From a virus: a stretch of 64,000 nt of DNA. Position numbers and translations under genes: made by a program. Location: the IMG/VR virus record IMGVR_UViG_3300015371_000016, positions 13,128 to 77,127 of that record, one strand, 5' to 3'. Positions 10,202-19,616 of the stretch are shown here, one piece after another (the first letter of the stretch is position 1; the number at the start of each line of letters is the position of its first letter). The notes beneath the pieces were generated by a model. That model had not been told where the DNA came from. It ran no database searches and was given only the letters and a program-made list of their open reading frames with translations.

Positions 10202-10367
10202 GGGATTCAGTCCTCCGGAGCCGTCTCGTCGCTGCTAGGCGCCGGTTGCTGCTCGGCAGCATTGGGCGTGAAGGACTCCGTCGCGACGCTGCCTCGCGGA
10301 AAGGCGTGCGTCTTTCGATAGTGGACGACTTCCGGCGACATGCCCTCGTAAGGAGACTGAGCGACCA

Positions 10368-10913
10368 TCAGGCTGCCGGCGGCTCTGCTGGCGGTTCGGC
10401 CGGCGGCTGGGATGGCGTGTTCGCTGCCACGGCGTCGGCCATGGCATGGGTATCTGCGTCGATGGTGGTGGCTAGGGCATCGAGAGCAGCAAGCTGTTCG
10501 GGCGTCGCGCCCCGAGCCATCGCCTCCTGCACTGCGGTCCTGATCAGCTCAGGCACTCCCGCAATAAAGGCGACAACCGCGTCCTTTTCGTTGGTCAGCG
10601 CTTCGACCTTGGACTTCAGGTTTTCGTAGGCCGCAGAAACCGTCTCAGACATGGTTATGATCTCCTGTTGTATGTTGTCGAACCGTTGATCCACATACTC
10701 AAAGTAAGGCTTGAGCGCAGCGAGGATCGCCGCTGCGTTCTCCTCTGCCGTCGGTGGCGTTACTCCGATCCGGCGAATTAACTGGTGCAGTGTCTTATGC
10801 ACTTCTTCCTGCGCTGCATAGAGTTGCCGCGCAATGTGATCTAACAGACCGATCACATCAGCGATCGTTGTTACCCTTGATCTAGGCTGTGGTTCCCATG
10901 GCGCCTGCGCCAT
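10368..10913 (-). CDS. Hypothetical coiled-coil protein
   Basis: Helical heptads, C-terminal AVAANTP + PPAE repeats; start uncertain. Confidence 0.5.
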   Translation of the reverse strand: MAQAPWEPQPRSRVTTIADVIGLLDHIARQLYAAQEEVHKTLHQLIRRIGVTPPTAEENAAAILAALKPYFEYVDQRFDNIQQEIITMSETVSAAYENLKSKVEALTNEKDAVVAFIAGVPELIRTAVQEAMARGATPEQLAALDALATTIDADTHAMADAVAANTPSQPPAEPPAEPPAA

Positions 10914-11401
10914 TAGAATGCCCTCCGCCCGGTGGTCAGACCCCAGATGTTGCCGCCGTAGTTCTGTGCGTAATCGAGATACGCCCGACCATACGGCGTC
11001 TTCATCATCTGCAAATCAGTCAGCGTCATGCTCTTGGCTGCCGCGATGATCTCCAGCGTTTGCGACGTTCCCTGGTCCGACGATGATACCACAAGCCCAG
11101 CGGAGAAAGAGTGAAGTCCTAGTGACGACCGCAAGTCGCGGAAGAAGCACTGTCCTGCCGCGTCATTCGCTAGATTAAGCAGTCGGTCGGCGCCGTAATT
11201 ATAGACCGCCATGGTATATACCGAGCGTCCACAATCAGCCCAGATCAGCGCGTCGTTGACGGTGGCTCTCGCCATGTCGAACGTCGCTTGCACCCAGAGC
11301 GAATCGTCCGGCAGATACTCTGGGCCTATACCCACGCCTTCGCGCAGGAAGGCAAGATAGCCTTCGATCGTCGGCCCGTTGGTTATCTGCGTGAAGCTCA
11401 T
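10913..11401 (-). CDS. Head-tail adaptor (DUF4054-like)
   Basis: YTMAVYN, AGLVVSSSDQGTS, LQMMKTPYGRAYL motifs. Confidence 0.7.
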   Translation of the reverse strand: MSFTQITNGPTIEGYLAFLREGVGIGPEYLPDDSLWVQATFDMARATVNDALIWADCGRSVYTMAVYNYGADRLLNLANDAAGQCFFRDLRSSLGLHSFSAGLVVSSSDQGTSQTLEIIAAAKSMTLTDLQMMKTPYGRAYLDYAQNYGGNIWGLTTGRRAF

Positions 11402-11874
11402 CCCGTCCTGCTGCGCAGCTCTCTCGGCACTAGGCGATCGATCTTGATGCCCTCACCGAATTTCGGGTTGTCGCTGTCCTCAAGCGTCTCGACGGAGACC
11501 GAGCGAAGCTCAGCGGAACCGCGTATGGCTCCGTTGTGCTGCGCTTCCATTAGGTTCTGTTCCACAGCCAAGCTGAAGGCCGCCGCACCCTCTTGGCGCT
11601 GCTGCAAGGCTAGATCGAACAGAGCACCTTGATTGTGGTCCACGCCATAGTGCAGCTTGTCGAGAGGCACGGGCTCGTCGAACGAATAGACCAGTCGGGC
11701 GAAGCCCTTGAATCTGATCAGATCGCTAGCCTCGACGATACCGTATTGACGGTGCTGCTCTACTATGCGGTCCAGAACGATAAGCGGCGCTTCGCCATAG
11801 ATTTGCTGCTGCGCGCCGCCCGCGATGATCTGCGTCCGCTCTGGACCAAAGGAAAAATCTTCTTCGGCAGGCAC
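11398..11874 (-). CDS. Conserved head-associated hypothetical protein (start likely further upstream)
   Basis: Follows major capsid gene; IVEQHRQYG..LVYSFD pattern. Confidence 0.5.
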   Translation of the reverse strand: MPAEEDFSFGPERTQIIAGGAQQQIYGEAPLIVLDRIVEQHRQYGIVEASDLIRFKGFARLVYSFDEPVPLDKLHYGVDHNQGALFDLALQQRQEGAAAFSLAVEQNLMEAQHNGAIRGSAELRSVSVETLEDSDNPKFGEGIKIDRLVPRELRSRTG

Positions 11875-11940
11875 CCGATACTTGAACTGATGTTCCTGCC
11901 GAGAAAGATTCGCGACGTAAAGCTTAGCTATGGCTGCCTC

Positions 11941-12963
11941 CTATTGATACTGCATCGAGATCACGGTCAGCGCCTCGGGACGGATCAGCCAGCCCGGCGT
12001 CGCGCGCCACTCTGACAGCACGTCGATCGCTCCGCCGGCGAGCGGTGTCGGAATCTCTCTCGGAGCCGCCATGTCGAGATACTGCAACGAGCAAGCGTCC
12101 AGCCCCGGAGAGAGCTGAGCAAACTCATTGGTATTGAACGGACGACCGACAGGCTTCTGCACCTCGGGCATGATCAGCAGAATCGCGTCGGTGCCGCCGG
12201 CACCCTTGCCGATCAGCGTGTCGTCATAGGCCCAGGCGATCTGGTCGCCGTTGTCGGTCTCGACGATATCGATCACGCCCTTGGTGGTCGCGGAGCCTGC
12301 ACCAGGACGCTGGAACGCCGTGAGCTGCACGATGTTTTGCGTCGCCATGCCACCCAAGATGCGTGCCGGACCTAGCACCACGAAGCGGTTCGGCATACCG
12401 AACTGCATCGTCCGTGCCTTCAGCGCGGCGATCTGCGTCAGGAAGAAAATGGCGAGCTGGCCATTGTCGTAAGTGACGAAGGTGGTGTTGCCGCCACCAT
12501 CAGCCGGCAGCGATACGGTAGTGGCACCCGGAGCATTAAGCAGGCCCTCGTTGTTGCCCGGATTCATGCCGTAGAGCAGCATGTTCCGTAGCAACTGGAA
12601 GTGCCCCTGTCGCATACCGAGGCGCTGCACCTCGACGATCGAGGCACCCCACTCGGCGGTGGCCGCAGTGTCGTGATGATCATATTCAGCGCGCACCCTG
12701 TTAAGGTATGTCGGCACTGAGATGGTGTTCATCGCCACGTTGACGTTCGGGAGCTGATTATAGGCGCTCTGTCCCGACGCCACTCTCGTGCGAATGTCGA
12801 ACCTCTTAATGTAGACATAAAGGTCCTCGTTGCCGATGCGCACTCGCGGATCACCGCCCGCGAGCGTTTCGAATGCACCGGATGCTTGATTGTATGGGAG
12901 CAGGATATCCGGCTCGATAAAGCTGGGATGCACCTGCGTCCAAGAGGGCGAGATAGTTGCCAT
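11941..12963 (-). CDS. Major capsid protein (DUF2184-like, HK97 fold)
   Basis: 340 aa; RAEYDHHD, LLYGMNPGNNEGLLN, AAPREIPTPL, GWLIRPEA motifs. Confidence 0.85.
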   Translation of the reverse strand: MATISPSWTQVHPSFIEPDILLPYNQASGAFETLAGGDPRVRIGNEDLYVYIKRFDIRTRVASGQSAYNQLPNVNVAMNTISVPTYLNRVRAEYDHHDTAATAEWGASIVEVQRLGMRQGHFQLLRNMLLYGMNPGNNEGLLNAPGATTVSLPADGGGNTTFVTYDNGQLAIFFLTQIAALKARTMQFGMPNRFVVLGPARILGGMATQNIVQLTAFQRPGAGSATTKGVIDIVETDNGDQIAWAYDDTLIGKGAGGTDAILLIMPEVQKPVGRPFNTNEFAQLSPGLDACSLQYLDMAAPREIPTPLAGGAIDVLSEWRATPGWLIRPEALTVISMQYQ

Positions 12964-13014
12964 CGGACTTTACCTTCTAACTATGTGAGAGGCGCATCAC
13001 CCGCGCCCGGGTTT

Positions 13015-13908
13015 TTAGATCAGAATGACAGCGGTGCTGCCGGTGTTGTCCCAGCGGGCAACGTTGTTCACCGCGTCGTAGACGATCACCTTCGAATTGC
13101 CGATGTTCAGCCCGAGAATCTTGCAGGCCAAAGCACCGCCGCCGTAGTTCAGCAAGATGGTGCCGGCGATCGTGCCCCAGGTGCCCTGGTTGGTCGGCAG
13201 GTTGAAAGTAAACACCGTCGAGGAAACCACACTGGCGATCCTCTGCGCGGTATTCAGCAAGCCAACCGGAGCAGTGCCGGAGTTGGTTGCCCCGGAAATC
13301 ACCACAGTGTCGCCGGCCGTCAGTGTCCAGCCGGAAATCGCACCTGAGAGCGTCGCAGTAGCCACGCCGCTCGCTACCGTGATGCCGGTGATGCTCGCGG
13401 TGCCGGCGGATGCCTGATACGGCTGAAGCACCTGAGCAGTCGTGTCCCAGGAGACCTGTGCGTTCTCGACGCCGCCCTCTAGCGAGGCTAGGGCAGGGTC
13501 GGCTTTGACCACGACACGCGCACCGCTGCCGAGCCTATGGAAGTGCACCGACATCAGATTGCCCGCAGTCGGCGCAATATCGCCGCCCGGCGCGACCATC
13601 ATGTTGTGCGCTTGATTGTAGACGCTGAAGCCCTGAATGAGCGCGGTCGTGGTCGCACGTCCCACGATCGGCCCAAGATTGTCCTGCGGCAAGGCGGTCT
13701 GTATCGGCGGATATCCAAGATTGAGGTACAGACCTACGCCGCCCCACATCGGCAGCGTCTCGGCAGCCGCGAGCACACCACCAGACAACGAGAAGCGCGT
13801 CGCAGGATCGTCGAGCGCCACACCTTGAATGTAGCCCTCGCTCTGAACAGAGAAGGTCCCTGCGGCGGTGGTGACCGCCATAGGGTTGAACGAGATGTTA
13901 GCGGCCAT
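13015..13908 (-). CDS. Capsid decoration/cement protein with inserted beta domain
   Basis: GYIQGVALDDPA.R..L.GG, ETLPMWGGV, HRLGSGARV motifs; immediately upstream of MCP. Confidence 0.7.
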   Translation of the reverse strand: MAANISFNPMAVTTAAGTFSVQSEGYIQGVALDDPATRFSLSGGVLAAAETLPMWGGVGLYLNLGYPPIQTALPQDNLGPIVGRATTTALIQGFSVYNQAHNMMVAPGGDIAPTAGNLMSVHFHRLGSGARVVVKADPALASLEGGVENAQVSWDTTAQVLQPYQASAGTASITGITVASGVATATLSGAISGWTLTAGDTVVISGATNSGTAPVGLLNTAQRIASVVSSTVFTFNLPTNQGTWGTIAGTILLNYGGGALACKILGLNIGNSKVIVYDAVNNVARWDNTGSTAVILI

Positions 13909-13921
13909 TTACGGCGCTCCC

Positions 13922-14932
13922 TTAGTACAGGTTAGGATTGGTGTTGATGCGACGGACGCGCGCCGAAGGCATGCGGAACGGTGCCAAAGCGCCGTTGACC
14001 GCACCGACCGGGCCGACGAATTCGCTGATGACACGACCGGTGCGATCAGTCCTGCGGATTTCCCGCAGCATGCCGCCCTCTGCCGGATCGACCCGATACG
14101 CAGCAGACGCGGTGTCTGCCCTGATCTCGGGAGCGATAATCTTCGAGATCACGTCAGGAGGCATCTGCGAGAGATCGGTGTCCTTCCACTTCGGCGAATA
14201 CTTCTGGAAGGCGCGGGACATGCGGCGGTCATAAGTATTGATCCGCTCGCCATCCATGGGACGGATCGGCGTGGTGCCGTGCATTTGGGCCACACGAGCC
14301 CACTCCTGCTGACGCTCGGCGAGATCGTTCATCTCATCGTCGGTCATAGGACGTGGGCGCTTTACTTCACGCTGCAAGCGAGCGATCTGCTCGCGCATCG
14401 CCTGCATCTCGCGGGCGGTGGCGTCAGCACGCGCATCACTGCGCTCTGCATCCTTTTTCTCGTCCTTGTCCTCTTCGTCCGCGTCACCGCGCCAAGAGGC
14501 TCGATTCTTGGAATTCACGTTGTCGGACTCCCAGTCCTTACGATCCTTGCGACGATCATCATCGGCCGCCATAGGTGCTGGATCACCCGCTTCGTCGTCG
14601 CGCTTCTCTTCTTTGTCGTCCTCGTCCTTATCCTTGTCCTCATCCTCGGACTCGTCGGACTTCGCCTCTTTCTTATCGTCATCGTCGTCTTCGTCTTCAG
14701 CCTCGTCCGCCTTAGACGCGTCGGCCTTGCGCTTGCCACCGAACAGCGTGTCGCGCGCGGCATCCTTAGCCGCCTTATCGTCGGCACGATCGGCATCCGC
14801 CTTAGTGTCAGCGCTGTCTTTGCGGCTCATGATGTAATCGGCCAACTTCTCAAACTTAGTCATGAGGCCGCCGAGGCCGACTTCTAGTGCAGCGATCTTT
14901 TCATCACTGGTTGGCGCCTGGTTGTCAGCCAT
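13922..14932 (-). CDS. Scaffolding protein
   Basis: Very acidic D/E/K low-complexity middle; GGAG RBS before MADNQ; C-terminal GMLREI..DRTGR.ISEF.G. Confidence 0.7.
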   Translation of the reverse strand: MADNQAPTSDEKIAALEVGLGGLMTKFEKLADYIMSRKDSADTKADADRADDKAAKDAARDTLFGGKRKADASKADEAEDEDDDDDKKEAKSDESEDEDKDKDEDDKEEKRDDEAGDPAPMAADDDRRKDRKDWESDNVNSKNRASWRGDADEEDKDEKKDAERSDARADATAREMQAMREQIARLQREVKRPRPMTDDEMNDLAERQQEWARVAQMHGTTPIRPMDGERINTYDRRMSRAFQKYSPKWKDTDLSQMPPDVISKIIAPEIRADTASAAYRVDPAEGGMLREIRRTDRTGRVISEFVGPVGAVNGALAPFRMPSARVRRINTNPNLY

Positions 14933-15041
14933 GGCATCTCTCCTTCGCCGGCAACCCGGCCATGAACCTCGCGCATTAGGCAAGCGCACGGCGGGCGAGG
15001 ATCGCGCCGTGTTCAGAGGAAAGGGATTAGAAGTGCCGAGA

Positions 15042-15467
15042 CTACGTCGGCGGCTCCTTAAAATACGGGTGGACTTGCATGATGTGCCCCTGCAAATCGA
15101 TCCGCATGTCTTGCACTATGCGCGCCAGATTCGAAGTGCTGATGTCCATCGTCGCCAGTTTCTGATTGATCAGCGCTAGCGCCTCGCGGCCATTATCGCG
15201 CGCGCGTTCCATGTCTGACATTCGCTGCGCAAGATTCGTGAGCACCTCAGACTGCTGCGCGTTGGTCGCCATACCGGCCGTAATCGCTTCGTTTGCCCGA
15301 ATCGTCATCGCGCTCATCTGCGCTTCCATCCGGGTCATTCTTTCGGCGTCCCTATCGACGACGCCAGAGATGTGGCCAAAGCCGATCAACAAGCCGGCGG
15401 AAGTAAGCAGCGCCGTAAGGGCATACTTCGCCCACTCGGGAAGCCGTCGAATTGCTTCATCGACCAC
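15042..15467 (-). CDS. Membrane-anchored coiled-coil protein
   Basis: One N-terminal hydrophobic helix followed by heptads. Confidence 0.5.
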   Translation of the reverse strand: MVDEAIRRLPEWAKYALTALLTSAGLLIGFGHISGVVDRDAERMTRMEAQMSAMTIRANEAITAGMATNAQQSEVLTNLAQRMSDMERARDNGREALALINQKLATMDISTSNLARIVQDMRIDLQGHIMQVHPYFKEPPT

Positions 15468-15471
15468 CGCA

Positions 15472-16818
15472 TCAGGCCAAGCGGTCGAGCATGTCGCTCA
15501 ATGCGACGTAGATTGAGGAAAGGCGATCGATCTGATCCACCCGCACGTCAGGCAACAACTCGGCATTCGCCATGATAGGTTCTCCCTTAGCGATGCCCGT
15601 CGGCTCGCCTGATTTATCCCACACACCCAAACTACAGATAGCGAGATGATCGAGCAGCGACGGCTTGCCCTCGATGAGCAGCGTCTTTCCGCCCTCAAGC
15701 TTCCGACTTTCGTTTACCTCAGGATCACGGAACATCACGTCGGGACTGGTCGATAGCGGATAGTCCAGCATAAGCTGCGCCGCGCCTTGGTCATAGATAC
15801 GCGCCACGGCCCACACTTCATCCTCGACAATATAGGGCAGCATCAGCGCGCCGATAATGCGATTCTCGAATTCTTGCTGGTTCAGCACGTCGTCAGGCGG
15901 ATGCTGCCAGATAACAGGCAATCCGTTGCAGCGGGCTAAGAAGTCTGGATTGAGGTACAGACCAGGATCGCGCCAGACGTGTTCATTCAGCTCGGGCCGA
16001 TAGCTCGCGCCTGTTCCTGTGACACGAAGCGCGAAGAGCCATAGGTTCTCATACTGCTGAGGCGACGACAGGCGGCCCTCGGCGATGGCGCGCGCGATGT
16101 CCAGCTCGTCCATCCGGACCCGCTCTAGGACCAACCTGACGCCCGGGTGCATAGGTTCCGGCGGCTGGTCCATCGGCGCCCATTCGAAGTCCTCTAGCTC
16201 GTCGCTGAGCGTCGGTTCGAATGGTTCCGCGACCCGCGCCTGGAACGTGCTGTAATCGGTCCCAGTCAGGCGATCCCGCATCAGCATCGACATCTTGCCG
16301 TGCGTTACTGCGCCAATTTCCTCGCCTACTTCTCGGAGGGCGGCGGTCTCGGCACTCTCTCCGGCCTCGATGATGCCTCCTGGGAACTCCCAGGTGCCAC
16401 GCTCTCTGTGCTTGACGAATAGCGCTTGATCTCCTCCGTCACTCTTGCAGAAGAACATGACGCCGGCCGCGCGACTCTGAGGATCGCCTGTGACAGGCGC
16501 CAGCGTCGCCACTTGCTCATCGGCCCGACCCTCCCTTTCGAAGAGCTTGCACCAATCCTCTGCTTTAATAACTCCTTCGACTAATGCGCAGCCGTCCGGC
16601 TCGATGAAGTGCTTGCAGATACCACAATGGCTCTGCGGCATGCCCTCACCGTAGTCCACAGCCTCTTTGGTCTGCTTCTCCGCATCATGCCGCTCAGCGG
16701 CGAATTCAGATGCCTCGCGCTCGTGCTCTACCTGTGAGATCGACGGCGGGACGTCGCTGGGAACGAAGACCCACGTGAAGCCCTGATTGACGCCTCCAGT
16801 TGGGACTTGGACATACAT
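15472..16818 (-). CDS. Prohead protease (DUF2213-like) fused to HiPIP-like Cys domain and NUDIX domain
   Basis: CGICKHF..CALVEG.I....WC; Nudix box GGIIEAGESAETAALREVGEEIG; ARCNGLPVIWQHP, LSTSP, LDHLAIC..GVWDK. Confidence 0.8.
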   Translation of the reverse strand: MYVQVPTGGVNQGFTWVFVPSDVPPSISQVEHEREASEFAAERHDAEKQTKEAVDYGEGMPQSHCGICKHFIEPDGCALVEGVIKAEDWCKLFEREGRADEQVATLAPVTGDPQSRAAGVMFFCKSDGGDQALFVKHRERGTWEFPGGIIEAGESAETAALREVGEEIGAVTHGKMSMLMRDRLTGTDYSTFQARVAEPFEPTLSDELEDFEWAPMDQPPEPMHPGVRLVLERVRMDELDIARAIAEGRLSSPQQYENLWLFALRVTGTGASYRPELNEHVWRDPGLYLNPDFLARCNGLPVIWQHPPDDVLNQQEFENRIIGALMLPYIVEDEVWAVARIYDQGAAQLMLDYPLSTSPDVMFRDPEVNESRKLEGGKTLLIEGKPSLLDHLAICSLGVWDKSGEPTGIAKGEPIMANAELLPDVRVDQIDRLSSIYVALSDMLDRLA

Positions 16819-16850
16819 GCTGTATTGTTCCTGTCCGGGAGGGTCAAGGC

Positions 16851-17150
16851 ATGTCACTGTCAAACATAGCCCGCGAGCCACGCCGCGAACTGACTGAAAG
16901 CGGTGTCGGTATCGCCCTAGCCGTCTTCATTCTAGCGACGTGGTTCGGCCTCGCTTGGTGGCTAGCGTCGTTCTCTTCCGTCGCTGGCGCGTTTCCAGTT
17001 TCGTTGGTTCTGATCTTACTAGGTGCGCTAATCCTATTTCTCTTTCTTGTCTTGACGCACGGTATCGGCGAGAAAGTCTGCGACGCGCTAGAGCGGCGCG
17101 GCTATCATCTGCGGCCTAAGCGCGCGCCGGTCCAGGTGACCTACCTGTGA
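16851..17150 (+). CDS. Two-TM membrane protein, antisense to late operon
   Basis: GGAGG RBS before ATG at 16851; two hydrophobic helices. Confidence 0.55.
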   Translation: MSLSNIAREPRRELTESGVGIALAVFILATWFGLAWWLASFSSVAGAFPVSLVLILLGALILFLFLVLTHGIGEKVCDALERRGYHLRPKRAPVQVTYL

Positions 17151-17742
17151 GATCGACGGCGCACGGGACATCACTCGATCATCTTCGCCACGGCTTATGG
17201 CTTAGGCGGCTCGGACCATCATAGCCGCTGCATTTGTAACCGAAGCGCCAGATCAAGGGTCCCAAGCTGATTGCGACAAAGCAGCCGACAAGTATGCCCA
17301 ATAAGTCAGGCATCGAGTCCTCCGACGCGCTTGACCCATACATCGCGGCTGTAACGTAGCTCCGGGTCCTCAGCGAGCATGCGTGCTAGCTTGAACATGA
17401 CAGACACCAACGTCGTGTTGGCAAAGCTCTCGACTAGAACACGCTTTCCGTCGTCGGATAATTCGGCAACGAAGTCCATGGTGCCTGCCCCCGCCTATTG
17501 TCTGCTGCCGACGCTGAAGAACCTTATTGTTGTCGTTCCTTCTGCACAGACCGTCATTCCCCAACCGCCACGCATGAAAAGATACGGATCGGTCTCCACG
17601 GTGATTTGGCCGGATTTCGCCACCCAGCCACCACGTTCTTGCCAGCCATCCTCCAGGCGATAGTTGAATACGTAACGGCAACTCGGCTGCGCTGCATCCG
17701 CTGCGCAGGAAGCGATCAAAATTATGGGTATAATGAGATGTT

Positions 17743-18249
17743 TCACGCTGTCGCGTAATATAGGGCCTGACCGGACGGGAACCGAACAGGCGACAGAATG
17801 ATTTCCATCGCTGTTTGGTAGCAGTGCGGCCAGCGGGTTTCGTCGGGCTTCCCTGGCCGCCAGCAGCGAAGATAGTAGTCCCAGGCACCAGCCTGATCGC
17901 CGACGAACGGCAGAGGTGCTGGATCGCTCCACAATAACAGCCGGGCGAACGCTGTCGCTACTGGGTCGTGGTACTGGATTGCCGCATGCGCCTCTGCCAC
18001 TGGAATGTCGTTGGCCGCTAGCACCGCGCGCGACCAGTCAGGCACCGCTTCCAGCACGCCATCCACGCCTATCTTCTCGAACTGATAGTAGCTCAGCGCC
18101 GGGCCGCCGTGTTGCGCCCTAGCGTCCCAGTTACTCTCCTGGCCCGGTATCGCCATGAGCATGACCCTGGCCTCGTTGGTGTCCATGTACTTGGGAAGCA
18201 AATCGAGGCCGGGCACTACGCATCGGATTAGAAACTGACGCGGATTCAC
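17743..18249 (-). CDS. Endolysin-like (lysozyme-fold) protein
   Basis: MLMAI.GQES..RAQ.GGPA..YQFE and ARLLLWSDP.PLP..AWDYYLRCWRPGKP motifs. Confidence 0.6.
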   Translation of the reverse strand: MNPRQFLIRCVVPGLDLLPKYMDTNEARVMLMAIPGQESNWDARAQHGGPALSYYQFEKIGVDGVLEAVPDWSRAVLAANDIPVAEAHAAIQYHDPVATAFARLLLWSDPAPLPFVGDQAGAWDYYLRCWRPGKPDETRWPHCYQTAMEIILSPVRFPSGQALYYATA

Positions 18250-18746
18250 ATCTGAGCCTTCAGCTCATCCAAAGCAGCAGCAACGCGCTCAATGCTTATA
18301 TCGAGTGCACTGGCGATTGCACCAAGGCTCATCGCTGTTCCGTGTTGGCGTATATACTGCTGAACCAGCTCAGCGTCGCGGCTCAACGATGTCTCACAGG
18401 ATTCGCGCGATCCGGCTCAGTTTCTGGCTTCTCCGCTGGCTTCTCCGCCGGCTTCTCTTCCTCTTGCTTCGGAACTCGTGGAGCGCCTGGGTTGTTCGGA
18501 TCGATCGGCTCGACCTCAGAAGGCGGAGCGGCTGGTTCGTCTTCTTGCGGCTTCTTAGCCATAATCATCTCCCTTGGTCTTAACGGTTCATAGTGCCAGT
18601 AATCCCAGCGCATTGCACTCACTAGCGAGGTGCGATCGCTGCCCTCTATCGTAGGAACGAGGTATGTGTGCCCTTCCACCAACGGCGAGATTAACTGGTC
18701 CGCTCGTGGATAATCGCGCCCATCGTCAGGCGGACGGCTGATTTTC

Positions 18747-19616
18747 TTAGGCTCTTTCTGCTTGCGCCGCAGCATGCACGACATCCCTAGACGATGGCCC
18801 ATACATATACGGCAGAGGCCCTAGCATAATGTGTCCGGTCTGCGTCGCGTAGCGCACCGCCTGGATGTCGGGATGCGCAGCGAGCCATTCATTGATCGCG
18901 CTGTTGACCGTGCAATAGGCGATTACGTCGTCCACCAGGATGTATTTCGCTCGGCCGAAGCAGAGCGCGATGTCCTTCAGCGCGCCTTCGTGGCTGTGAT
19001 TGCCGTCAATGTGCGCGAGATCGTACGTCCGTGACAAATGCGTCAAAGTGCCGCTATCGCACCGTGCAAGCCTCAGCTCGTGCTCCGGATACTCCTCGTG
19101 CAGCATCCCGTTCGCGTAGGTGATGTCGCCGATATCGATGCCGTGGTAGATCGTGCCGGCAGCACATCCTCGCAGCATCGCCCAGGCTGAGTAGCCGGCA
19201 CGGACGCCGATTTCAAAGATGCTCTTCGGTCGCAATGCAGAGCATAGCTCGGTGTAGAGGCTGTAACTCGGCGGGAAAAGTTCGGTGCGCTGATACTCGT
19301 CGAGAAAGAAGTCGCCTTGAGCGAAAATGCGTTGCGGTAGCGTGCCGTTGCCTTCCCACTCCACCCACGGCACCGCATTGAGCGCGTCCTGCGGCCCGAT
19401 CGTGCGGATGAATACTATCTGCCGTTCGTCGCTGTCCCAGATTTCCAGGTCCATGATCGGATCGCCGTCCGTGATCAGCTCACGAACCTCGAATCCAACA
19501 TTGGACTCTTTGTGCGGAATACGATCGGACGGGCAAAGATAGACCGTGCAATCCTTGCCATTGCCGAGGCGCTGTCCTTGTCGTGCGATCTCGGCGAGGA
19601 TTTCAGCGTCGGTCAC
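18747..19616 (-). CDS. Class I SAM-dependent methyltransferase (Methyltransf_24-like)
   Basis: IFEIGVRAGYS, YHGID, DLAHIDGNHSHEG, ILVDD; GTG start overlaps upstream TGA. Confidence 0.8.
   Translation of the reverse strand: MTDAEILAEIARQGQRLGNGKDCTVYLCPSDRIPHKESNVGFEVRELITDGDPIMDLEIWDSDERQIVFIRTIGPQDALNAVPWVEWEGNGTLPQRIFAQGDFFLDEYQRTELFPPSYSLYTELCSALRPKSIFEIGVRAGYSAWAMLRGCAAGTIYHGIDIGDITYANGMLHEEYPEHELRLARCDSGTLTHLSRTYDLAHIDGNHSHEGALKDIALCFGRAKYILVDDVIAYCTVNSAINEWLAAHPDIQAVRYATQTGHIMLGPLPYMYGPSSRDVVHAAAQAERA

Noticed and set aside
13868-14887. 339-aa plus-strand hydrophobic ORF
   Set aside because: Antisense shadow of the D/E/K-rich scaffold gene
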